Shown in pieces: positions 26,982-36,414 of a stretch of DNA of 46,995 nucleotides. Each line of letters opens with the position of its first letter. Positions within the stretch are counted from its first letter, which is position 1. Below the pieces are notes generated by a model that had not been told where the DNA came from, ran no database searches, and saw only the letters and a program-made list of their open reading frames with translations. A program made the position numbers and the translations under genes. The DNA comes from an uncultured Desulfurococcaceae archaeon (GTDB lineage Archaea; Thermoproteota; Thermoprotei_A; Sulfolobales; NBVN01): the NCBI GenBank assembly GCA_964522175.1, contig CAZFVC010000002.1, positions 1 to 46,995 of the forward strand, given 5' to 3'.

Positions 26982-27854
26982 TTACTTACCACTCTTGAAA
27001 GTGACTACGGCCATACCACCCACTATTAAGGTAGCCCCAACATACTGAATTGGGTTCAGAACTTCTCCCAAGATTACGAAGGAGAAAATGGCAGCCATTA
27101 CAGGTTCGAAGAGATATAGTATAGCTGCTTCATACGGCCTAACTCTTCTCTGACCGAAGACCTGTAAAGCTAATGCAATGTCGCTACAGATTAACCCAAG
27201 GTAAATAAGCCAAGGGAGAGCTACAGCAACACCTGAGGAAGGAATCCCTACATACAGATCCCTAACCATGAATAACAGAAAAGGAAGCATTTCGAAGAAA
27301 GTGAAAAGAAGCGGGTTCTCCCTAGCAAACCTCCCTATCAACTCAACCTGAGCAGCAAAGAGCAATGCACTGATGAAGACCAGCATATCCCCGAATCCGG
27401 GTACTCCATTCGGTGAAGTTAACAGGTATAGGCCAATTAAAGACAGAAATAGGGAAGTGATGGCCTGCTTATCGTACATCTTATCCTTGACTACTAGAGC
27501 GTCATACAAATGCACAAAAATAACGTTCATGCCTGTAATAAAGCCTGCATTGGAGGCAGTCGTCAAAGAAGTTCCCCATCCTTGCAGCCACAAACCAGCA
27601 GCGAATATAAGACCTGTGAAGCTCCCTCCTAAAACAACTCGCCTACCCAGAGAACCTTTCGCTAGGGCATGAATTAGTACAGGCGTAAGACCTAGAAGGG
27701 CTATTAAGCCCCTCACCCATGTGTAGGTGATGGGGTCTATGAAGGAAGTCACTATCTTTATCGCAGGAAATGAGGTTCCCCATATAATGGTGGTAAGTAG
27801 TAAAGAGAATATGTAAATACCTTTCCGGCCTTCAGTGTGATCATTCCCTCTCAT
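26982..27854 (-). CDS. EamA/DMT-family transporter
   Basis: 290 aa with about 10 TM segments. N-terminal IIWGTSFPAIK motif, and two EamA-like halves. Confidence 0.8.
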   Translation of the reverse strand: MRGNDHTEGRKGIYIFSLLLTTIIWGTSFPAIKIVTSFIDPITYTWVRGLIALLGLTPVLIHALAKGSLGRRVVLGGSFTGLIFAAGLWLQGWGTSLTTASNAGFITGMNVIFVHLYDALVVKDKMYDKQAITSLFLSLIGLYLLTSPNGVPGFGDMLVFISALLFAAQVELIGRFARENPLLFTFFEMLPFLLFMVRDLYVGIPSSGVAVALPWLIYLGLICSDIALALQVFGQRRVRPYEAAILYLFEPVMAAIFSFVILGEVLNPIQYVGATLIVGGMAVVTFKSGK

Positions 27855-27984
27855 TATTCAACGAATTAATATTTTCAGGGGGGAAGTAATTAATACTTAG
27901 GGATATTGAGTGTGAGGCCTATATAGATGTTTGGATGAAGGGCGTTTCGTGGAGAATCCTAATGACTGCTTCCAAGGAGCAACC

Positions 27985-28570
27985 ATGTTAATGAGTGGGC
28001 AGCAAAGGATTAAGCTAAGTAAACTGATCTCAGGACCCCTACGCCATTTCTCCCACGAGGCAGGCTTACTTCCTGATAAGGAGGGTTGGGTACACATCAA
28101 AGACTTGGTTGGAGGGATCAAGGAAAAATGGAGGAATAAGGAAATTTACGCATGGGTAACTGAGGAACACATAAAAGCTGTTGCACTTCTGGACCCGAAG
28201 GGGAGATTCCAAATAAAGGGAAAGAAAATCAGGGCAGTATATGGCCATAGCTATCCAGTTGAAGTGAAGTATGATGAAGATCAAGCATTCTACCCATTTA
28301 TTTCATGGGACCCCGTCACGCAATATCCGCGACATTCTTAAAGAAGGTCTTAAACCAGGGAAAGATCATGGGTTCACCTCACCACCGATGAGTCGCTGGC
28401 TGTAGGAACAGGGAAAAGATATTCGAGAGAAGTTGCTTTACTACATATAGATGCTAAATTGCTTAAGAGCTCGTGGAATTAGAGTCTATAAGGCGGCAAA
28501 GAAAGTTAGGTTAGTTAAGTATGTTCCTGTAGAATGTATTGAAAAATATGAGATTATTGGAAATGTATAG
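27985..28570 (+). pseudogene. kptA: RNA 2'-phosphotransferase (Tpt1/KptA) gene interrupted by three single-nucleotide frameshifts
   Basis: Tpt1-like sequence is spread over alternating frames. Frame 1 runs to about 28299 (LSKLISGPLRH...IRAVYGHSYPV). Frame 2 covers about 28298-28368 (LFHGTPSRNIRDILKEGLKPGK). Frame 1 covers 28369-28479 (WVHLTTDESLAVGTGKRYSREVALLHIDAKLLKSS). Frame 2 covers 28475-28570 (GIRVYKAAKKVRLVKYVPVECIEKYEII). Confidence 0.8.
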
Positions 28571-30707
28571 ACCCCACAATGCTAAGATCTGGGTAGGTTA
28601 TTGCCGCTATACCTTCCTGAGATACTGCATATAGAGTATCATGTATATACGCTGTTCTAGATGCGTAATGATCCAGCTCGACTGTTCCCAACAGTTTGAG
28701 AGATTCATCATCTATTTTAACTACGAATAGCATGCTTCCCTTATAGAGTTCACCGCTTTCCTTAAAGACACCCAACACAGGAATTGCTAAATAGTCTTCC
28801 ACAGGATTCAGCAGGAAAGCCTTATGATCTCCCAGAACCGGTGACCACGCCCACTGCTCAGTCACCCTCAAACTCGAAACTTCCTTAATATTCTCGAGGT
28901 CACTAACATCGAAAAGAGATACTTTAACTCCTTTAATCCTGCCATTTTTGTCTGCATCCAAGCCAACCCCTATAAGGTAATGATCTCCATACGGGTGCAG
29001 ATACTCGGAATACCCTGGGATCTTAATATATCCAATAATCTCTGGTTTGCTGGGATCAGAGAGGTTGATAGCAAAGAGAGGATCAACTCTCCTAAAGGTC
29101 ACTAAGAACATGTAATCTCCCATGAATCGAGCAGAGTAGATAGTTTCTCCAGGCTCTATATCCTCAATAGCACCGACCACCGATAAATTCATGTCTAATA
29201 CATACACATTATTGCTTTCTTTGAACTGCGGGTAAGGAATTTTAAGTCCTTCCCCTTTCATATCTTCAGGTATCTGAACATCCATAAGTTCAACCTCCTT
29301 TATCCTGCTCACAGTGGTCGCTATCCTGAAATAGTCATTATATTCGTCCATACTGAATTGATCTGTTACCCTGCCTGGCACTTTTCCGTAAGCAGCCAGT
29401 ACGCTGTCAGTGCCTTTAATACCGATTCTATAAATCCGTGTAATCTCCCTTGGTACCCCCTTAAAGTATGTGAGGAACTGGGTAGCAACGAACTTGGCCA
29501 GCTCTCTCTGTTCTTCCGGAGTTAGCGTTTTCCAGTAACTGGCTAAAATATCAGTGATTTCCATATATTTTCTCCATTTAGGCATTGATTCATTGCTCAA
29601 TATCATCACTATTTTCTGTGCGGTTTCTGGCGGAAGCTTAGGCAAAACAGCGTCTCTTATGAAGTCGGTCATTTCACCCTCAAAGTCAAACCATTCTGTA
29701 GAAAGGATGTATATGTTTCCTTTGCTCATATAGATCCACTGAGGGTACTGGAGAAGGAATGAAGATACATCCCTTTCACCAGTTACGGCATTTATTGCAA
29801 GGACGTTTACATAGATAGGGAAGAGAACATCATCATTCTTAACAGCCTTAATGTCCTCAACATTTATCTCCTTCCCATCCAACATCGGGAGTAAGATAGA
29901 CTGGTTAGGTCCGTACACATCGTCAGTTGTTATAACATACACTACATTATTCCAAAGTCTTGAGTCCCTGAAATTACCTGAGACAGTTGTCTTCTCCACT
30001 AGCTCCGGTTTCGACCTATCAGATATATCAAACACCATTACAGTAGTGTTAGGCCTTACATATTGTGGGGGAGCTATACCTCCTATCTCTGCACACAGGC
30101 ATCTAATAATGTAGGGAAGCCTTGCCGTAGTTATTAAAACCAATCTATTGGCTTCAGGAATAACGTAGAGACCTATAACCGTTGTGTTAATCAGCGATAT
30201 ATTGGAGACTATATGCATCTCATTCGGAGGATACACCTCAGCAATATACACTACCGATGTTGAGGTAGAGTTACTCCATTCTTCCCTCCCTACGATATAG
30301 AAGAACTTTCCGTCACTTTTGAAGAAGTCGATCTCATCGATTCCTGCTACCTGTACATTAGTCACTGAATACCATGCAGATGCCTGATTAAGCGAAGGCG
30401 TTCCAAAGGAGGAAGCTAGTTTAGCATCCAATGCATACCTCACTGTCGTAGTCATAACGACCTCTGGAATGGGGGCCGCTGATAGAGTGGCTACATGCTC
30501 TCGAATGAAAGCCTCTAAATCTTCCTCAGTCTTGAAGTTTACCACGTCAGGCAACTCATGTATTAATTGATCGTTCGTCCCTCCGGGGGTTGTGGCCGGG
30601 GGTGTTCTAAACCCGATAAGCCCAGTTGCCAGGGACATTACTAGACCCAGAATTACGAGCATGGCTATTAAAGCTGCTCGACCGTTTGTATAACCTGTTT
30701 TCATCAT
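28554..30707 (-). CDS. Secreted/anchored beta-propeller domain protein (Beta_propel family, COG4880-like)
   Basis: 717 aa with an N-terminal signal/anchor. The C-terminal region SARFMGDYMFLVTFRRVDPLFAINLSDPSKPEIIGYIKIPGYSEYLHPYGD is characteristic of that family. Confidence 0.75.
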   Translation of the reverse strand: MMKTGYTNGRAALIAMLVILGLVMSLATGLIGFRTPPATTPGGTNDQLIHELPDVVNFKTEEDLEAFIREHVATLSAAPIPEVVMTTTVRYALDAKLASSFGTPSLNQASAWYSVTNVQVAGIDEIDFFKSDGKFFYIVGREEWSNSTSTSVVYIAEVYPPNEMHIVSNISLINTTVIGLYVIPEANRLVLITTARLPYIIRCLCAEIGGIAPPQYVRPNTTVMVFDISDRSKPELVEKTTVSGNFRDSRLWNNVVYVITTDDVYGPNQSILLPMLDGKEINVEDIKAVKNDDVLFPIYVNVLAINAVTGERDVSSFLLQYPQWIYMSKGNIYILSTEWFDFEGEMTDFIRDAVLPKLPPETAQKIVMILSNESMPKWRKYMEITDILASYWKTLTPEEQRELAKFVATQFLTYFKGVPREITRIYRIGIKGTDSVLAAYGKVPGRVTDQFSMDEYNDYFRIATTVSRIKEVELMDVQIPEDMKGEGLKIPYPQFKESNNVYVLDMNLSVVGAIEDIEPGETIYSARFMGDYMFLVTFRRVDPLFAINLSDPSKPEIIGYIKIPGYSEYLHPYGDHYLIGVGLDADKNGRIKGVKVSLFDVSDLENIKEVSSLRVTEQWAWSPVLGDHKAFLLNPVEDYLAIPVLGVFKESGELYKGSMLFVVKIDDESLKLLGTVELDHYASRTAYIHDTLYAVSQEGIAAITYPDLSIVGSIHFQ

Positions 30708-30797
30708 CGAATATCACCGTGGTGTATTCGGCAGCGTTTTAAATATCCCTATACATTAGAAACACTCTTCGAAACACTAGTCTCAGAGATCGAAAGT

Positions 30798-31616
30798 TTA
30801 GAACGCTGGATTACACCCAACATCATTGAGAGCGCAAAGCTTAATGATTTCTTCCTCCACCCGCTTCCTCCATCTCGCTGACAATGACTTCTTAATTACG
30901 TCACCTAAAACATCTTGAAAGCTTCTAAGAGATTCCTCCACACCAGGTCTTAAGCGAAGCCAGTCATAAATCAGAGTTGATTCCGTAGCCGATGCTATCT
31001 CTATTACAGATTTAAGTGTGCTGTGATCATCATTCACACTGGGAATAATAGGACCCATAAATATCCAAGTAGTAACGCCTTCTTTAGATAGCTTCTCCAA
31101 AGCCTCCACTCTCCCCTTAGGTGAGGGCGCTCTAGGCTCTATTACTGACGCCACTGAAGAGTCAAGAGTCGTTATTGTGAAACCGACTTCAACCAACTGA
31201 GGGTTTGTCAGTAAAATATCTAAGTCTCTGAGAACTAAAGGGGACTTTGTTTGAATATCTACCCGAAATCTATGGGAGAGAAGAACCTTCAATGATCTCC
31301 TCGTCAACATTTCTTTCTTTTCTATAGGCTGGTAAGGGTCTGTAATAGTCGATATTCCAACGATTCCCTTCTTTTTTCTGCGGACCTCTTTTCTTAGAAC
31401 ATCCACAATATTTTCCTTAATGTATATCACCTGCCCCCAGTTTTGGGCAGCATCCTTGTATCTAGTGTAGGCTCTAGCATAGCAGTATATACAACCATGG
31501 TAGCAGCCAGCATAAGGATTGAGTGCGTAATCAATGTCTGGGAGGCCACTCCTTGATAACGCTTGCTTAACCTTAATTCTCCTATAGATTGGGACTTTTT
31601 CACTGTGCATAATCAT
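30798..31616 (-). CDS. Radical SAM protein, SplB / 'DNA repair photolyase' (COG1533)-like
   Basis: NPYAGCYHGCIYCYA is the Cx3-like cluster motif typical of this subgroup. 272 aa. It overlaps the 3' end of the Nre gene. Confidence 0.7.
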   Translation of the reverse strand: MIMHSEKVPIYRRIKVKQALSRSGLPDIDYALNPYAGCYHGCIYCYARAYTRYKDAAQNWGQVIYIKENIVDVLRKEVRRKKKGIVGISTITDPYQPIEKKEMLTRRSLKVLLSHRFRVDIQTKSPLVLRDLDILLTNPQLVEVGFTITTLDSSVASVIEPRAPSPKGRVEALEKLSKEGVTTWIFMGPIIPSVNDDHSTLKSVIEIASATESTLIYDWLRLRPGVEESLRSFQDVLGDVIKKSLSARWRKRVEEEIIKLCALNDVGCNPAF

Positions 31617-32826
31617 AGAGACTTCTCATCCCCTTTAACCTACTCAAGATGTGTGACCTCCTCCACCAAATCTCTACTGGAATTCTCGTCACTTTCGAAA
31701 GAATCTTTTCAACTTCCTCTAAGCTGCTTACCCTGATAGGTCTCTGTGAAAACATTTCCCTAATGCTTTCCCTAACGAACCAAACTCCTATAGGAAGGTT
31801 GAATCCTTCATATATTTCCCTGTAAAGAACGGCAGTAGCCTTCCTCTTAGCTTCATGAAGAAGGTACTCAGCCGTAGGCAGTCTGGAAGCATAATAGCAA
31901 CCACCGATGTCTGGATACTTGGTTCTTCCAGCAACCCCTTCCCAATCTGCCTCTATGCTGACCTCTGGACCTTTCGGGTTCCAAGTACTTCCAGGAAACC
32001 AAGCCTCCATCCACTCGAACGACCATTGTCCAGGAATCAATATAGCAACGAATAAGTTATCATGTTTCCGCAATGTGAATATCTCTATACTTCCAAGCTC
32101 AGGAAGGTACTTAATCTGCTTAATCAAGCTTTTAGAAATAATATCGTCCACTGCTGTAATTGACCACCTAGTAGGCACAAACCTTCTTCTTCTCTTCCCT
32201 AACCCACCTACAGAGAAAATCTTCTGTATCCGTGACACAGGTATATTCTCCCTATACAGCTTCACCACGGCCTCATCAGCCTTGAGATCTCTATCATAGT
32301 AAACTCTCTCGACATGCCTCCCAAAAGATGGATTATCCTCAAGAATAACCCTTCTCAGAGGAGCCCCTGGACCTACGGGAGGTACTTCCTCACTGAGTTC
32401 GACGCCGCCTCTTATAGGTTTCTTCAATACAAGTTCGACGCCTACAGGCTTTTCTGATAACGCAATCTCCTGCAAAAGCATGGCGACTCTGGACTCCGTA
32501 TCTGTAACTTTCAGTCTAGTTACTCCTCGCACCAGGCTGAGCCTCATTGCCAAAAGCTCCTCAAGGGAAAGTTCTGACCATTTCTCAGGATAATCAAAAA
32601 TCTCGGTATCTCCCTTGGCAGGGGGGAGCGAAGGGCCAACCTGAATATAGGGATATCCTCTCCATCCAAGAAAAACTGTGGGAGGAGAATTACCTTCTAT
32701 GCTTACCCTCCTAGAAACCGTCATTAATCTCTCACTAACACGGCTCCTAACGAGGATAGGGCAATATGTTAGACCACAGAGGTGCTTAGTCCCCCTGCAT
32801 CTAAGGCAGAGATTCCTTGAAATCAT
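31600..32826 (-). CDS. nreA: Nre-family protein (archaeal NreA-like DNA repair factor)
   Basis: 408 aa. The Cys-rich N-terminus LCLRCRGTKHLCGLTYCPILVR and overall size are recalled as typical of Nre_N/Nre_C proteins. The C-terminus MRSLYDYAQ is PIP-box-like. Confidence 0.55.
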   Translation of the reverse strand: MISRNLCLRCRGTKHLCGLTYCPILVRSRVSERLMTVSRRVSIEGNSPPTVFLGWRGYPYIQVGPSLPPAKGDTEIFDYPEKWSELSLEELLAMRLSLVRGVTRLKVTDTESRVAMLLQEIALSEKPVGVELVLKKPIRGGVELSEEVPPVGPGAPLRRVILEDNPSFGRHVERVYYDRDLKADEAVVKLYRENIPVSRIQKIFSVGGLGKRRRRFVPTRWSITAVDDIISKSLIKQIKYLPELGSIEIFTLRKHDNLFVAILIPGQWSFEWMEAWFPGSTWNPKGPEVSIEADWEGVAGRTKYPDIGGCYYASRLPTAEYLLHEAKRKATAVLYREIYEGFNLPIGVWFVRESIREMFSQRPIRVSSLEEVEKILSKVTRIPVEIWWRRSHILSRLKGMRSLYDYAQ

Positions 32827-33989
32827 CCTAATATAGCCCCCTCTTTCCGCCCCATTCTTCTTAATGCAGCCAATACTTTATCTCTCAACCCAAGATTTTC
32901 ACGGAGAAGTTTATTCAGCCTCTCAAGTTTCTCCTTATCAGAGACCTCAGTACATACATCACTTACTGCCAGCTCTGGTAGTTCTTTGCATAACCTCCCT
33001 AAATTGTCTGATCCTCCCCGACCTTTTTTCCATCCGCGTCTATAAGTTTCCTCATATTCCTCTCCAATCCCATATGATCCTACCTTAAAGAGGAGAAAGA
33101 ACAGTGTGAATAAAAATATATATGCAAGAACCAGCCGGAAGGGAGGTGAAGACTCTAAGAAACTATTAAGGAGGAGCCCGGCCCTAGCTGGATTCAGTAA
33201 ACCTGCATAAATTTGTTCTGTCGAATACCCGGAGACTTCCATATCAGCTAAAGTCAGTGGGCGCATCCTATAATGAGTTGCGTCAACAAAAACTATACCT
33301 GCAGAGTCTCCGCACCCTTCCTTTAGAATAGCTAACAAAAGCTTTACCTGAGGATTTAAGGGGGTTAAAGGATTAAGTGCTGAGTTAATGAAAACAGAGC
33401 CGTCGCTTATTACAAATATTTTACTTCCATTATACTCCTCAATAACTCCAAACACCTTCTCTCCATACCAGATGAAGACATTTCCATTAATAGGGTGCAA
33501 CGAAGACGTGTAAGAAAGAGTAATCCTGCCTGAAAAATCACCGACTTCTGCATTTACCTGGAAAATCGGTCTCTCGTCAACAATAACGATTTCTCCATTA
33601 ATTCTCTCGGGTAAACCCATCTGTTGAAGTATTAAGTTACTGTAGGTGCTTTCATCAGCAATAATTAAGTTTAATTTATTTCTCCTAACAAATCCTGTCA
33701 GAATCTTAACATCTTCCTCATTCCATAAAATCTCTGGGGAGTTTATGATCACGAAACCGCATTCCACACTAGAAGGATCTTGGACTGTTCTCCAATCTCT
33801 AACCACCTCAACTTCCCACCCATTAGACTCAAGGAAATTTACCAGCGTCGTAGTTCCGTCGAATCCTGGATTAAGAGGTGAAGCCCCTACTTGCCCTATC
33901 CCTATCCCTTCCCCGATGGCGAGGAAACCCAGAAAAAGAAGCGCCACTATAAAGAAGGCTAATTTCTTACTCTTCACTATGATTCTCAC
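32823..33989 (-). CDS. DUF4350-like exported protein with a C-terminal TM and cytoplasmic tail
   Basis: 388 aa with a signal/anchor, an extracytoplasmic domain, then a late TM (LVLAYIFLFTLFFLLF). Assigned mainly from its context in a MoxR/DUF58/DUF4129 locus. GTG start. Confidence 0.4.
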   Translation of the reverse strand: MRIIVKSKKLAFFIVALLFLGFLAIGEGIGIGQVGASPLNPGFDGTTTLVNFLESNGWEVEVVRDWRTVQDPSSVECGFVIINSPEILWNEEDVKILTGFVRRNKLNLIIADESTYSNLILQQMGLPERINGEIVIVDERPIFQVNAEVGDFSGRITLSYTSSLHPINGNVFIWYGEKVFGVIEEYNGSKIFVISDGSVFINSALNPLTPLNPQVKLLLAILKEGCGDSAGIVFVDATHYRMRPLTLADMEVSGYSTEQIYAGLLNPARAGLLLNSFLESSPPFRLVLAYIFLFTLFFLLFKVGSYGIGEEYEETYRRGWKKGRGGSDNLGRLCKELPELAVSDVCTEVSDKEKLERLNKLLRENLGLRDKVLAALRRMGRKEGAILG

Positions 33990-34116
33990 CCTTACCCATG
34001 GAGGAGTATGAAACTAGTGCTAAGCCTCCTAAGAGGGCAAGAATAGATGCTACATATTTGCCTAGAACAGCCAGAGCAACGGATGCTGTAAAGAAAGCAA
34101 CAGAAATAACTGCCAT
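33967..34116 (-). CDS. Unlisted 49-aa hydrophobic micro-ORF
   Basis: MAVISVAFFTASVALAVLGKYVASILALLGGLALVSYSSMGKGENHSEE. It is below the track's size cut-off and fills the only gap in a tightly coupled operon. It starts 16 nt after the upstream stop and overlaps the downstream start by 23 nt. Confidence 0.35.
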   Translation of the reverse strand: MAVISVAFFTASVALAVLGKYVASILALLGGLALVSYSSMGKGENHSEE

Positions 34117-34132
34117 AACCTTTCTAAGAGCT

Positions 34133-34828
34133 TCACCATCCAAGACTGTTTAACACCTCCTCCATAAGCTTCAAGATTTCATTTATCCCCATAATATCTT
34201 CGTTCCTTAAAACAATGAGAGAGGCTACTGCGCTAAAAACGTACAGAAGCAACTCACCTTTTATTCCAACCTTACTCACAAAGTAAAAAACAATAGTAAC
34301 TATCAAACCACTTAAGATAATTGAAGCAAACATCCATGGAAACATTAAACCTAGTATCCTGACGAACAATGAAAAAAGAATGATTCCAACAATGTAACGA
34401 GGCACCGCCTCAATTACCTTTCCCGGAATTCTGAAGACATTAATTCTGAAGACTGTTAGAAAGTCTCTGCCTAGGGGTAGATCGCCTAGCCTCATATACG
34501 CTAAAGAAAGACCGAAACCTGCCAAAATACTCACAGATGTAATTAAAGGATACTCAATATAGGACACATCTCTTAGATAAAGAAGTAGGAAAAACAGAGA
34601 TGGAAGCAATAAAATCACAACCTCTTTGGAGACCCTTAATAGCCTCATCACTAGGGTTGCGGCAAGAGCTAAGGAGCATGCGAGGACAGTGAACTCAAGC
34701 AAACCAAGTGAAGCCCCTATTCCGATGGATGAAACCAGGATAACTCCGAAACTCCAGTATCTTCTAAAGTAAAGGAGGAGTAGAGAGGCCAGCATTAATG
34801 ACCCGATAACTGCACTCAGGAGAATCAT
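34133..34828 (-). CDS. Polytopic membrane protein
   Basis: 231 aa with about 6 TM segments. 4-nt overlap with the upstream gene. No motif recognised. Confidence 0.55.
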   Translation of the reverse strand: MILLSAVIGSLMLASLLLLYFRRYWSFGVILVSSIGIGASLGLLEFTVLACSLALAATLVMRLLRVSKEVVILLLPSLFFLLLYLRDVSYIEYPLITSVSILAGFGLSLAYMRLGDLPLGRDFLTVFRINVFRIPGKVIEAVPRYIVGIILFSLFVRILGLMFPWMFASIILSGLIVTIVFYFVSKVGIKGELLLYVFSAVASLIVLRNEDIMGINEILKLMEEVLNSLGW

Positions 34829-36363
34829 TTGGTATCCCCTAAAAGCTTCATTAATTTTGTGAACTCCTTGTAGCTAACCTCCATATTACCGAATCTATTT
34901 CGCTCGTAGGCCATCATCAAACCCTTTAGCCCCTTCTTCAAGTTCTCGCCAAGATTACTTCCTTCTGCAAGAATTTTTCCTACAATTTCTCTATGAGTCC
35001 ATGAAGATTGAATTTCAATGCCTAATCTGCCTGCTAAATCATAAATAGTACTCCAGAAAATACCTATTATTCCCTTACCCATGATAGGAACGTTTTCCTT
35101 AGTCTCACTAGTTAAGAGATTTTGGGGCCGCAAAGAACCTCTCCTAATTACCATAAAGGCCGCTGAAAAAATCGAAGCACCTAAGACTATTAGCAATATC
35201 CAAGCACTTATCGGAGGAATTCCTGAAGGTTCATTAGCCAGTATCTGCCCGCTAGATTTGTTAGCTAAGTAAATGAGAGTTTCCGGGCGTGCATAATTGG
35301 ATATACTCTGCTCATTCACTCTTGCAATTACCTCCTTCACAGTTTCAGGAAGCTTGACTACCACCAAACCATACTCAACAGAACGCTCCTCACCTATTCT
35401 AGCGATGAATCCTATTGAAGAACCTTTACCATTCGAGAGAAGCAACGCTAATATCTTAAGCTCCTCATCATTAATTTCAGGGGCTAACTCTTTATTCTCC
35501 TTCAAATACTTGATGAGCCTATCTAGATCAATAGTCTTAATTAGTTCCCTATTTCTATAGGCAGTTTCAAGCAGTGAGGGGTTAGATATAAAACGCCTAA
35601 GTATTTTCCGGGTATTCGGACCCAATTCCTCAAGCACTATTAATGCCTTCAGGTAATCCTCGTTCTCCAAGCTTCCCTCTTTTGAAATATTTTCTTCAGA
35701 TATGCTGAATGAAGCTAGAAGCGACCCAATAACAATTGAATAATCTCGTGAGGCCCTAATTGATACATTCATAAGTATTTCCTGAGTAAGATTAGATAAA
35801 TCCATGACTGTCTGCAGCTCCTTTACTAGGGGGGTAAAGTAAGCGGGATTACGTAACTTCAGGAAATGAATAAGAACCTTAAGTTTAGAGGAGCTGTAGT
35901 CTAATTTTCCTTGAGAGATCAGTTCCCTAAGGAAGGAAGCGATCTGATAATAGTTCTCGCTATCTGCCTTCTTAATTCCTTCCTCAATCAGTTTAGCAAC
36001 TTCCTCGCCAGTGATTAACGTCTTTTGATGTGATAAGATCTTAAGGGCCTTGAGCAGTGCCCCCGAGACTAAGTAGGGATCTTCGTAACCATTAAGAATG
36101 TTCTCCAGCAGGCTGGAACATACGTCACTCACTGATTCCTCATTTCCAACCGCTAGATAGTTGACTAGCATCCTATACTCTTCCCCATGGCCAGTAGCGT
36201 TTAACCAATCAAGAACAATAGCAGCCGCCGAAATCTCCTCCACTACCTTTCTTGAAATGTTTGGGGAATGCCGAATAGGAATATCGGCGGCCTTAGCCCA
36301 ATAACCGCATAGGCTGAGGAGCAATATGAGTGCCAGAGTAATGCTTAGGAGCCTCCGCACCAT
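34825..36363 (-). CDS. Exported helical-repeat protein with a TM and a C-terminal DUF4129-like cytoplasmic domain
   Basis: 512 aa with a signal peptide, a long extracytoplasmic region, a TM (ISAWILLIVLGASIFSAAFMVI) and a tail ...SWTHREIVGKIL...LMMAYERNRFG resembling DUF4129. Confidence 0.45.
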   Translation of the reverse strand: MVRRLLSITLALILLLSLCGYWAKAADIPIRHSPNISRKVVEEISAAAIVLDWLNATGHGEEYRMLVNYLAVGNEESVSDVCSSLLENILNGYEDPYLVSGALLKALKILSHQKTLITGEEVAKLIEEGIKKADSENYYQIASFLRELISQGKLDYSSSKLKVLIHFLKLRNPAYFTPLVKELQTVMDLSNLTQEILMNVSIRASRDYSIVIGSLLASFSISEENISKEGSLENEDYLKALIVLEELGPNTRKILRRFISNPSLLETAYRNRELIKTIDLDRLIKYLKENKELAPEINDEELKILALLLSNGKGSSIGFIARIGEERSVEYGLVVVKLPETVKEVIARVNEQSISNYARPETLIYLANKSSGQILANEPSGIPPISAWILLIVLGASIFSAAFMVIRRGSLRPQNLLTSETKENVPIMGKGIIGIFWSTIYDLAGRLGIEIQSSWTHREIVGKILAEGSNLGENLKKGLKGLMMAYERNRFGNMEVSYKEFTKLMKLLGDTK

Positions 36364-36414
36364 AACCGTTCGGTTAATATAGTGTTTTAATAATAATATC
36401 TTTAGATTCCGGGG

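Noticed and set aside
30735-30785. Short direct repeat GAAACACT x2 upstream of the beta-propeller gene
   Set aside because: It is only 8 nt and two copies, which is within chance expectation for a 90-nt spacer.
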